Positions 11,415 through 21,076 of a stretch of DNA of 64,000 nucleotides are shown one piece after another. The notes beneath the pieces are model-generated. The model was not told the origin of the DNA and made no database searches. It saw nothing but the letters and a program-made list of their open reading frames with translations. The stretch comes from Fistulifera solaris (lineage: Eukaryota), in the NCBI GenBank assembly GCA_030295235.1, contig AP026128.1, forward strand, positions 1,178,001-1,242,000. The letters are read 5' to 3'. The translations under genes and the position numbers were made by a program. Each line of letters starts with the position of its first letter. Position 1 is the stretch's first letter.

Positions 11415-12323
11415 CTAAGCATTCTTGAGTCGTCGAATGCGTTCAATCTCTGTTGCAATTTTCGATCGAAAGGCTGGGTCATGCTTCAGCCAGTCTTGCA
11501 AACAACAAAGCGCATCGTCGATTTGACCTAAAGACGTGTGCGCATCTGTCTGGAGACGCCATGCCCGACGACTTACTTGAATTGTTGTCGGCATGGTTAA
11601 AACTTACCTCGCATCCGTAAGTGCCTCCTGATATCTTCCAGACTCGACATATAATTCCGATCGCAAAACGAGTGCTCTTGCCAGAACAGATGATTCTCCT
11701 TTGGGTTCCAGCGTTCGAATCACCGAATTGAACGCGTTAAGTTTCTCATCTGGAGAAGCGGCTGAAAGCATTTGCATTGTGAGAATAATGTAGTAGATCC
11801 AGAGCGTCCTCCACTTCTTGGAAGAAACAGAAAAATAGAGGCAGCTCCCTTGACGTCCCTTTTGGCTACAAATAGCACCAATCAGGCTATGGCGTAATAG
11901 CACTAACGGCGACTCTAATATTGCAGCCGTGATACATAATGAACAAATTTTGTAACGCACCTTGAGTAGCTTTCTCCAGTACCGCGATAGCTGCCATATT
12001 TTGCACCGGAATAACAATACCGATACTGTCGAGTGCTGCGGCAGCCTGGATGTGATCGTTGACCCGATGAAGAATATCTGACGACTGCACAATCTGCATA
12101 TTCGGCCCTTTGTTGCATTTCGAAAGACACCCAGTGCTTTCAACCTCCACCTCGGAAGTCAGATCCTGTAAAACTTGTGGTAGATTGTAAAACGAGGACG
12201 AAGTCTTGCTACCAAAATTGCGACAGCAATCTTTATTTGACACACTTGGATCTTTACGGTAAGCGACGAAGCCAATAGGAAATTGAGCACGATCAGCACG
12301 TAAAACACGCCCCTTGCCATCAT
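11415..12323 (-). CDS. thioredoxin-like (2Fe-2S) ferredoxin domain plus TPR protein, probable plastid presequence
   Basis: Adding one A at ~12237 gives MMARGVFYVLIVLNFLLASSLTVKIQVCQNKDCC...ESTGCLSKCNKGPN. After an intron (~11959-11763) come TPR-like helices (ARALVLRSELYVESGRYQEAL; RAWRLQTDAHTSLGQIDDAL). There is one in-frame TAA at 11604-11606. Confidence 0.65.
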
Positions 12324-13119
12324 GGTCGCACACTATCACATTCTATCGAAGATGGAAACCCTCTAGAAGTATACCGTACGGTCATACGGTTGTCAAGTGC
12401 TTCACATCGTCGATGTTCGTGACAATGATGAAGGCAAAAAATAATAATGAAACAGAAAAACATAGCGGGCCTTTGCCTTTTGGTTTTGGTGTTTATGTGG
12501 ACGGAAAAGCAGGTGGGAGATCAACGGACGGACGGAGAGTAAAAAACGAGTACAAGACGCCACACCTGAACCCACGGAGTTTCTGTAAACAAGAAAACAC
12601 CACACGCTTAGATTTTCTGTGGACGTCAAAACAGTGCAAGTGTTACCTAGAGTACAGCCCAGTATAGGATCAATGTGTTAGTCCAAGGTGACCGCGACTG
12701 AATTTCAGTCACGCTCCAATTGCAATAAAATAATGATTTTTTGCATTGCTGCTTTTGTTATTTCTACGTTTCGGTAACAACTAATGTCGACTAATAATGC
12801 TGCTAAAACTACGTTATGGTGGCGAAGTTTATGATGGTAATTGGTGGCAGGAGAAACAATTTCGAAATGCATCGATAAATTTCCTACAGGGCCAACGTGA
12901 ATTGCACGTAGACATTCGTACTGATAGCGTTGCATCTATGCTTTCCTACCCCTGGTACGTTTTGAATTCCACTCAACATCGATTATCAATAACGAGTGCA
13001 AGTGAATTCCAGTTGTACGTAGTAGGTTTCATTATTTCGTTTTATGAATTTTGTAATTTCTATTATTTGATCTATCACTTTCTCGGAACAATATACTCCA
13101 AATAAAAATTGCGGCATGG

Positions 13120-14575
13120 TTAGTTCGCGTCGACCAAACTCCAAGTCCCGTTCTCTTGGACCAGCTTCGGCGTTACTCGCAAGAACTCTTCTTCGTCCTG
13201 AATCACGCCCATGGTATTACGGGAAAGCATACTATTGATACGATCCGTAATGTTGATTTCGTCTTCGATACTGGCGTTATACTCCTTTTGCTGTCCCAAA
13301 ATGTCCTTACGAATCGAGTCGCACAATATGCTGAGACGCAATGATCCTTGGAAGGGATCCTCAATCGTATAACCGATTTGATACACTCCGAATAATACCC
13401 ACGCGATGGCAGCGACCACCGGCGCCGTCATTAAACCCATGTCTTTGATGAGCGCAAACGGTAACGTAAAAAGCCACAGTGTCAAGCTGCGCAAAGAGTG
13501 TCGTGCGTAATTGAGTGGAACCGATGTCTGGTGAATGCGCTCGCACTGTCCCACGGCGTTGGTCAGCTTTTCGATTTGGGAAAGGAAGCTCAAACGCTCT
13601 CGACTCGTGTAGTTGGGTCCGTACGGCACTTTCATGATTTGACGTCCCAAAAAATCACAGACCCACAACGGGCGATTCGAAGCCTTGACAACTTCCGGTA
13701 AATGTTGGGGCGGAAGTAAACTCCAAGGCATGTCTCGCTTATCGACATAGCAAGGCCGTGACGGCGGAACTTGCTGCAGTTTATCGCCTTCGAATCTGGA
13801 ATCGACGGCAAACAGAGATTTTTCACTGAGTAGCAATCGGTGATCTGCATCAATAGGGCTTTCATTGCACAAGCAACCCGGTCGAATGTGATGTCTGAGG
13901 AGGTAGGGAAACGAGGCCGTGGCTTGAATGATGCGATTCACGCGCTCTTTGCCGATCTCTGGGGCATACAGATACACCATTCGACTCAAATTTCGACTGA
14001 CAGAAAGAATATTCTCCCAAATCTTTCTTCCTTCCTGTAAATTACAATCAAAAAGGTATGAGCCGAGATTCGTGTGTAAAACGCGTCTGGAAATCACCTC
14101 GGTGACTTACATTGAAGCGCTGATAGGCACTGTTCGTACGGAACACCAGTAATAATCCCAACGCGGAGACTAACAGTGAATGCGCCGTACCGGGTATGGA
14201 CATCTTCATTGCCATAGCTTGTGAAGCGGGGCCGCTCATGGCCAAACAGCGATGCACGAGGGACACTACCATTGACCAGCCAGCGACCGCCAGAACCGGA
14301 AATCGAATCTCTCGCAAAATGACCGATTGCGGCAGTGAAAGGACATTGTACAAAAAGTCGGAAGCGCTGTGTCGATTGTTGATGTGATGTATATCGGCAT
14401 AAGTAGGATTGGAGCCAAACAAAGGCCCTCTCGCCGTATTTTGTGTGGGATAAAAAGATGGCGCAAATTGTGCAACAGTGGGTGATTTCGCTTTACTTTG
14501 CTGCAGTGTAAAAGCCACTGCGCTCGGTAATGTCTGCTGCAGTAAAATTACGAATGATATTATTGAAATTCTCAT
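13120..14575 (-). CDS. bestrophin-like (RFP-TM/YneE, VCCN-type) anion channel, plastid-targeted
   Basis: LGLLLVFRTNSAYQRFN|EGRKIW spans an intron at 14110-14035. Also CERIHQTSVPLNYARH and IEDPF. Signal peptide ends in AVA-F. Confidence 0.92.
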
Positions 14576-15273
14576 GGTCACTGTTTTGTAATAATGATGA
14601 TTCATTTCTTTCAAAAGGTTTTGATGGATTGCAAGATTCCCGAGATGACGGAAAAGTGACTTGGGCATGGATCGGTGAATTTTGTTGCGACCAACGGCAT
14701 TTGGGCGCGGAGTCGACCAGAAAAGGAGAAAGGGCTTATTAGCGATTTAGATTCTATACTTTAATCAGTACAGAAGTGGCCGAAAGCGCGAGCGAATCTT
14801 CTCGACCGCTACGCTTTAAGGCTCATTCTTTGGCGTTCCTACACGTTGCATTTTTATGTAGAGAAGAACGTGATGGGACGAGATAAAGTTCGCCACAAAC
14901 CGAGTGGTCCTGTGGGAAGATGACGTCGATTCCCACGGCAAAATTTGGTGGAGTCCCCTTACGACACGCGTAGGATTTGTACGACAGCAACAGACGACGC
15001 AAGGGACATTCAATGGATGACGACAGCAAAGACTTTGTTCGTGTTTCTAATCGTGGGCTTTCACAACGTAAAACCGCAGTCGCGCCATCGCCAAATGCTT
15101 CGTGCTTCGGCGCTCCGCGGAAGTTTTATAGCTCTAACCTTAATGATTGCCATAAAAATGAAAACATCTTTTTGTGACAAAACAGCTGCAAGCTGCAAGG
15201 AGAAATCGCAGTGGCGCCGATGGCCGATGGCCGATGCCCATTTCAATTCCTTTCACCAAAACGAGTTTCAGCT

Positions 15274-16254
15274 ATGCAACGCCACGAGTACGACGAGTCG
15301 TTATTAGAGTCATTCCGCTATATTCAAGCGATACCCGGCAAAGATGTCCGCGGCCAACTCATTGACTGTTTTCAGCTCTGGTTTCATGCGCCCGACGACA
15401 AAGTACAGGTCGTCAAATCCATTATATCGGATTTGCACAATGCCAGTTTGCTAGTTGACGACATTGAAGATCGCTCTGTATTGCGTCGAGGAGTTCCGGT
15501 CGCACATTCGGTGTTTGGTGTTCCCGTCGTCATCAATACCGCCAATTACATGTACTTTCGCGCGCTCGAACAATGTCACGCCTTGCAATGCCCCGAAAGT
15601 ATGAATGTCTTTGTTTCCGAGCTTTTGAATTTACACAGAGGACAAGGTCGTGATATACAATGGCGTGAAGATCAGAAATGCCCGACGCAAGAACAATATA
15701 TGCAAATGATTTTGGACAAAACGGGTGGACTCTTTCGGTTGGCGGTCGGAATGTTACAACCCTTGGCGACCTCTCAAGAAGCGGTGACGGCGGATTATGT
15801 ACCATTGATCAATGATTTGTCCATCTATTTTCAAATACGTGATGATTTATTGAATCTGGTGGATACGGATACCTTTCATTTGAAGAGTTTTGCGGAAGAT
15901 TTGACCGAAGGCAAGTTCAGTTACCCCGTAGTGCACAACTTACAAATGACCGAACAACGAATGAACGAGACGAAGCAACGGGATACACGGATACTTTCAA
16001 TATTGATGCAAAGAACGAATGATGTGGAAGTAAAACGTTACGCTATAGAAATTATGCGACAAGAAGGGAGTCTTCTGCACACTCGGGAGATGTGTCGAGA
16101 GTATCTTATGAGGAGTCTCGCGGAGATTGAGAAACTCGGAGGAAATCCGGGACTGCTCAAACTGATCGGTATGTTGGATCAGAAACTGGTGGAACTCGAT
16201 GAAAAGGGTGTGCTGTTGCCCGATCGACCTCCAGAAGCAGCAGCAGTAAGCTAG
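15274..16254 (+). CDS. GGPS1: geranylgeranyl diphosphate synthase (type III, animal/fungal-like)
   Basis: LHNASLLVDDIED (FARM), LHRGQG, KTGGLF, FQIRDD and FAEDLTEGKFSYP. The true start may lie upstream (ATG 15013) via an intron ending at ~15185. Confidence 0.93.
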   Translation: MQRHEYDESLLESFRYIQAIPGKDVRGQLIDCFQLWFHAPDDKVQVVKSIISDLHNASLLVDDIEDRSVLRRGVPVAHSVFGVPVVINTANYMYFRALEQCHALQCPESMNVFVSELLNLHRGQGRDIQWREDQKCPTQEQYMQMILDKTGGLFRLAVGMLQPLATSQEAVTADYVPLINDLSIYFQIRDDLLNLVDTDTFHLKSFAEDLTEGKFSYPVVHNLQMTEQRMNETKQRDTRILSILMQRTNDVEVKRYAIEIMRQEGSLLHTREMCREYLMRSLAEIEKLGGNPGLLKLIGMLDQKLVELDEKGVLLPDRPPEAAAVS

Positions 16255-16271
16255 ATTTTCCATTGTTGTGT

Positions 16272-16700
16272 TCAAATATCATTGTAAGCCAGTATTTCTA
16301 TTCGTAGATTCGATTGAGTCATTGTATTCGATACCTCTTGCGCAGATGATGAAGGATTTTTCTTGGTTGCTGTTGCCGTTGTGATGGAATTGAATTGTGT
16401 TTCGTCTACTACCAAACGCCATTTACTTTGATATCGATTCGAATGATCCAATCGTCCCGTGAGACGAACTGGGGGACCCTGAGGAAGATGCGGATTCTTA
16501 TAGCTACTCACCACCGCTTCTCCGAAGCTCTGTAAAATACGATCGCACACATCTTCGTTGAATTTTGTTGGTTCCTCGTTTTGCATTTCTTGTAATGCTT
16601 CGAGCAACGTCGTTGCCATGACACCTTGACACGACAAATCGGTAGCGATGGTTTCCGGTACCTCAGGGGGTCCGTTCCAGAGTTCCGACTTTGATTCCAT
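16272..16700 (-). CDS. divergent TFIIA gamma (small subunit)-like protein
   Basis: Two helices (TTLLEALQEM; DRILQSFGEAV) followed by LTGRLDHSNRYQSKWRLVV and a terminal IEILAY strand. This parallels the TFIIA-gamma layout (G.L..Y.F..nVW.f.l ... kIVAc). Confidence 0.55.
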   Translation of the reverse strand: MESKSELWNGPPEVPETIATDLSCQGVMATTLLEALQEMQNEEPTKFNEDVCDRILQSFGEAVVSSYKNPHLPQGPPVRLTGRLDHSNRYQSKWRLVVDETQFNSITTATATKKNPSSSAQEVSNTMTQSNLRIEILAYNDI

Positions 16701-17248
16701 CTCTTTTCAAGTATAAAGATTATAAACGAATGTGACAAACAATCAAAGTAGGAAGGGGTTTGGATATTCCTTGTTGCTTCTGTTGGTTTTTTTTTTTATG
16801 TGGCGGTGTCGTTGTTGTTTTTTACATCTACCCTTGGGTTGAGGTTTGAAACGGCGGAGAAAAAAGATCGCGCGGTGGAGGACGCAATTGCGCGCGGTGC
16901 GCACCTCAGCTGTGTCCGACCGCGAAAAGCTACTATTTTTCTCACACTCACCAACGATGAGGATGGATGACAAAATCGAAAGTTCGGTGTCCCGTCATCC
17001 GAATGCATTTGCGTCGCAACGGCTTTTATACAATAAGCAAAAACCCTTCCCCGAGTACTGTTTTACTCTGCACCTCGTCACCTTCTGCCACGTGCACTTT
17101 TTGTCATCGGCATGTTTCATCGTCCTTTTTGACTTTTTTCCTCCACCACGGTCAGAGAAGCTTGTTGCATCAGCCAAGATTTTGTGCCCTCTTCTCATCG
17201 CGCACACTTTGTTTCCGTCCTTATTGACTAACTACTTCTTTCGGAACC

Positions 17249-18675
17249 ATGGGAAAGGAGGAGACGCGAGTGCCGCGAACAAGGCCAACAAAATCAGTTG
17301 GAGTCAAGTCAAGGAGCATTGTACCCCCGACGATGCGTGGGTCGTTTATCAGAACAAAGTATACGATGTCTCCAATTGGCATGAACATCCTGGAGGTGCC
17401 GTCATCTTCACGCACGCGGGGGATGATATGACGGATATCTTTGCGGCATTTCATGCGCCGGGTTCGCAGAATTTGATGCAAAAGTTTTACATTGGTGACT
17501 TGATTCCAGGTTCGAATCAAAACAAGACGGAACACCAAATCGCCTTTGAGAAAGGATATCGAGATTTGCGTTCGAAACTCATCTTGATGGGCATGTTTAA
17601 ATCGAATGGATGGTTCTATGTCTACAAGTGTGTTTCCAACATGATGTTGTGGGCGACCGCCGTCGCTATGGTTTACTATTCCGAGTCCGTTGCGGTGCAC
17701 ATGGCTTCGGCGGTTCTCCTCGGTCTCTTCTTTCAGCAGTGCGGATGGTTGGCGCACGATTTCTTGCATCATCAAGTCTTCCGTCAACGCAAGTACGGTG
17801 ATCTCGGTGGAATCTATTGGGGCAACTTGATGCAAGGATACTCGGTGCAATGGTGGAAAAACAAGCACAATGGACATCATGCGGTCCCCAACTTGCACAA
17901 CTCGACGGCTCTCAGTCAAGATGGTGATCCGGATATTGATACGATGCCACTCTTGGCGTGGAGCTTGAAACAAGCGCAGTCCTACCGCGAATTACAAGCC
18001 GATGGAAAAGATTCGGCGTCGGTCAAGTTCTTGATCCGCTATCAGGCTTACTTTTACTTCCCCATCCTCTTGTTGGCACGTCTGTCGTGGTTGAACGAAT
18101 CCTTCAAGACCGCTTTTGGTCTCGGGGCGGCGAGTGAGAACGCCGCCTTGGAACTCAAAGCCAAGGGTCTGCAATACCCCATTCTCGAAAAGGTCGGCAT
18201 CCTTTTGCACTACGCTTGGATGTTTGTTGTTTCCAGTGGCTTTGGTCGATTCCCGGTGTGGTATGCTGCCACTTACTTTTTGGTGGCGACTGCTTCCTGT
18301 GGTTTCCTTTTGGCCATTGTGTTTGGTCTCGGACACAACGGCATGGCGACGTACGATGCCGATGCGCGACCGGACTTTTGGAAACTCCAAGTCACCACCA
18401 CTCGTAACATTACGGGTGGACACGGATTTCCTCAGGCGTTTGTCGATTGGTTCTGTGGTGGTCTGCAATACCAAGTCGACCATCACTTGTTCCCCTCGCT
18501 TCCCCGTCACAACTTGGCCAAGACTCATGCGCTGGTCCGATCCTTCTGCAAAGAATGGAATGTTCATTATCACGAAGCTGATTTGGTTGACGGAACTATC
18601 GAAGTACTTCAACATTTGAGCAAAGTCTCCAATGACTTTCTCTTGGATTTCGTGAAAGATGGTCCCACCATGTAA
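17249..18675 (+). CDS. delta-6 fatty acid (front-end) desaturase with cytochrome b5 domain
   Basis: HPGG, HDFLH, HNGHH and QVDHH boxes. The start MGKGGDA is restored by one extra base just after ATG 17249. Very similar to the diatom delta-6 desaturase as remembered. Confidence 0.95.
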
Positions 18676-19248
18676 AGACTCTCTAATGATTAAGAAATAA
18701 AATTATGCTTCAATTATTTGTCTAGTTCGAAGAACAAAAGATATGACGTGATTTGATACTGAATCAGTAACTTAGTGGAACAGATACATTGTGCGATTTG
18801 GCTAAGGATGTAAATCATTGTTGAAAGGTTATTGCGGAACGAAGTAACAACTCATTCCTGTTGCGACGAAAAAATGGCTAGAATTCATTAACTTTACCAG
18901 TAACAGTAACATGTTTCATTTTTACAAATATAGATGGCGTACCTCGACCTCAACGCATTCACAATCTAATGAGCAAGCTAGTTCTTGTTTCTTAGAAAGC
19001 CGATTATAAGTTAACTGCTTGGATCGTGTTTCATTATTTCGAATTGGAATATTGAATAATCAGAGCGTAGACGTGATACGACTGGTTTTAGTCATGAATC
19101 ACCAACTACTCCCGATTTTTTAAAGTCCATTTACTTGCGTCAGCCGCAACATATCCAAAAAAATCACTTATTTTTGAGGCTGCCACTATTCACTAGTTAT
19201 TTCGGCAATGCGGTCTTTGGTCCTTGGCCTTTGATGCAAGAGGTATAT

Positions 19249-19702
19249 GGACAAGCCCTGGGGAAAAGACAAGTCAGCAATGTCGTATACGACATTCAGA
19301 CGCCTCGGTAAACCATTACTGTATATTTTTGTGTACTGTGCTGCCGCCTCTTTTTCATGAAATGCATTTAGAGCGTTACGTCGTGATAAAAAGACGATAT
19401 TAGATTGTCAAAATATTAATGAAACTTTGATTCAACTTTGAGCCGACAATTCAATTATCTTTTAATTATAATTTTAAATCATTTTGAATAGCCGGCTCAG
19501 AGTTGGTTGAAACTTTCATTATTATATTCCAGACTAAAGTTGGCTATTTTGCCGCGATGTTACGTGATAAAAGTTTTTCAGAAAAAACGGACGTCGGCAG
19601 ACTACACAAAAAATCGATAGTCGCATTTTGAGGCGTCTGTAATTTTTCCCACTACGGCAAAATCACGTGAAAGGTACTCTATCTTTTCCCCAGGGCTTGT
19701 CC
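19249..19702. mobile_element. MITE-like unit A (454 bp)
   Basis: Perfect 21-bp TIR GGACAAGCCCTGGGGAAAAGA / TCTTTTCCCCAGGGCTTGTCC, bounded by ATAT on both sides. Internal IR CAGACGCCTC/GAGGCGTCTG. AT-rich and non-coding. Confidence 0.85.
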
Positions 19703-19706
19703 ATAT

Positions 19707-20233
19707 CCCAACCTTTTCAAAATTGTCGGGGTTCAGACAATTTTCTGTAGCTTTACGTACAATAGTACATCCAAAAAAATTGTCTGAACCCAGACAATTT
19801 TTCTCACGTACAAATACTACCACAGCATAGCCTTAACCCTTTGGAAAATAATGTAAATCATCAGTTTTTGATCAAATAATGGATTAAACAAAACATCGAA
19901 TTTATCAGTCAGATGCATTAGAAAATGCTGAATACAATGGTATGTTTTGTATCAAAATCAATGTTTTGAGGAATTTCAACTTTTATCTTCGGGCTCTTTC
20001 ACGTAGAAACTCTGTAAAACGGGAAGCGACGTTAAAATTCTGCCTCGCCGTAGGCTCTACGTAGAAACTTGTACTGAGAGGCAGAATTTTAACGTCCTTT
20101 CCGCTGTCACGTAGCAAAGCCATACAATTCTACGACGGTGACAAAAATTGTCGAACTGGTATACAATTTTTGATTTAGAGTTTTACCGCAAATCAAAAAT
20201 TGTCTGAACCCCGACAATTTTTTGAAGGTTGGG
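19707..20233. mobile_element. MITE-like unit B (527 bp)
   Basis: ~38-bp imperfect TIR CCCAACCTT..CAAAATTGTCGGGGTTCAGACAATTTT and its reverse complement at the right end, bounded by ATAT. Four subterminal AAAATTGTC..(G/T)ACAATTTT palindromes. Contains the 83-bp hairpin (20021-20103). Confidence 0.88.
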
Positions 20234-21076
20234 ATATACCTCTTGTTTGATGTCGCAAATCTGCTCGGGTTGTTCGTTTTAACATTTACTATAGCGTCAG
20301 ATTGTTAGTTTACGCACCGCGAACCACGTTAACGAACGCATATACAGAGTTTCTGTGGACGTAAAGACACCACATGCACATTCTTTGTTTTCGAGGCCAT
20401 GTTCACGAAGTTTCGTCATCCGCAAGGTTTCTCGAAAGTTGCCCTTTAAAGCGAACAATGCGTTCCTTGACCATTTTTCCCTTGAAAGTTGCAAAATCTA
20501 TGAGAAATGGGAAAGCCCGTCTTCGGTTTCTGCATGATGATCCGTGACTCAATTTGAAACCAAATCATGCGAAAAATCTGCTTCCTCCCTCCATCCCCCC
20601 CTCGTAGAAATCCTACGATGCGATACGTAGCAATCCGAGACCGGGCAGGCGCGACATGCAACCATTCAAATAGAAAATAGCGGTTGACATTTTTCAAACG
20701 ATCATATATGTATACGTAAATGAATAAAAACATGTACGTCACACCAACCGATTTTTAGATAGTAAATAGTACTTTTGTTTCTAAGCAAAAAACTTGCTCG
20801 TATCGGTCGGGCGCATTTTGCCATCCATTTGAAATCACAACATCGGGTCTCCTTGTGGCATTCAACAGCGTTAAAATCTTCCACCTTCATCCTTTGTCGT
20901 CTTGGTTATTGCTTGCGTAACAATAGAAAGGGCTTGGATAAACAACGCACGTAAACTCTCGTTGTGTTAATTTGATTGCCGTGTTAAAAAGAGCGCATCG
21001 TTGTGCGGGTTGCGACGCTGTTTTCCCTTCTCTGTCAATTCCTCAGCCTAGCAAGGACTGCCCCCTTTGCGTTATC

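Larger units (their letters stand above)
19237..20245. mobile_element. composite non-autonomous DNA element: 12-bp outer TIRs and 7-bp TSD
   Basis: CAAGAGGTATAT (19237-19248) and ATATACCTCTTG (20234-20245) are flanked directly by TTTGATG at 19230-19236 and 20246-20252. Confidence 0.75.

Noticed and set aside
12797..13105. 102-aa ORF between the ferredoxin/TPR and bestrophin genes
   Set aside because: No recognisable motif and an AT-rich 3' half overlapping the neighbour's 3' UTR region; insufficient support.
15013..15273. In-frame TGA (15175-15177) upstream of GGPPS suggesting readthrough or selenocysteine
   Set aside because: A CTAAC branch-like site (~15134) and a CAG acceptor (~15185) suggest the stop lies in an intron, or translation simply starts downstream.
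16846..17248. 135-aa N-terminal extension of the delta-6 desaturase in the ORF track
   Set aside because: The known-type start MGKGGDA sits at 17249 behind a one-base indel; the upstream sequence looks like UTR/promoter.
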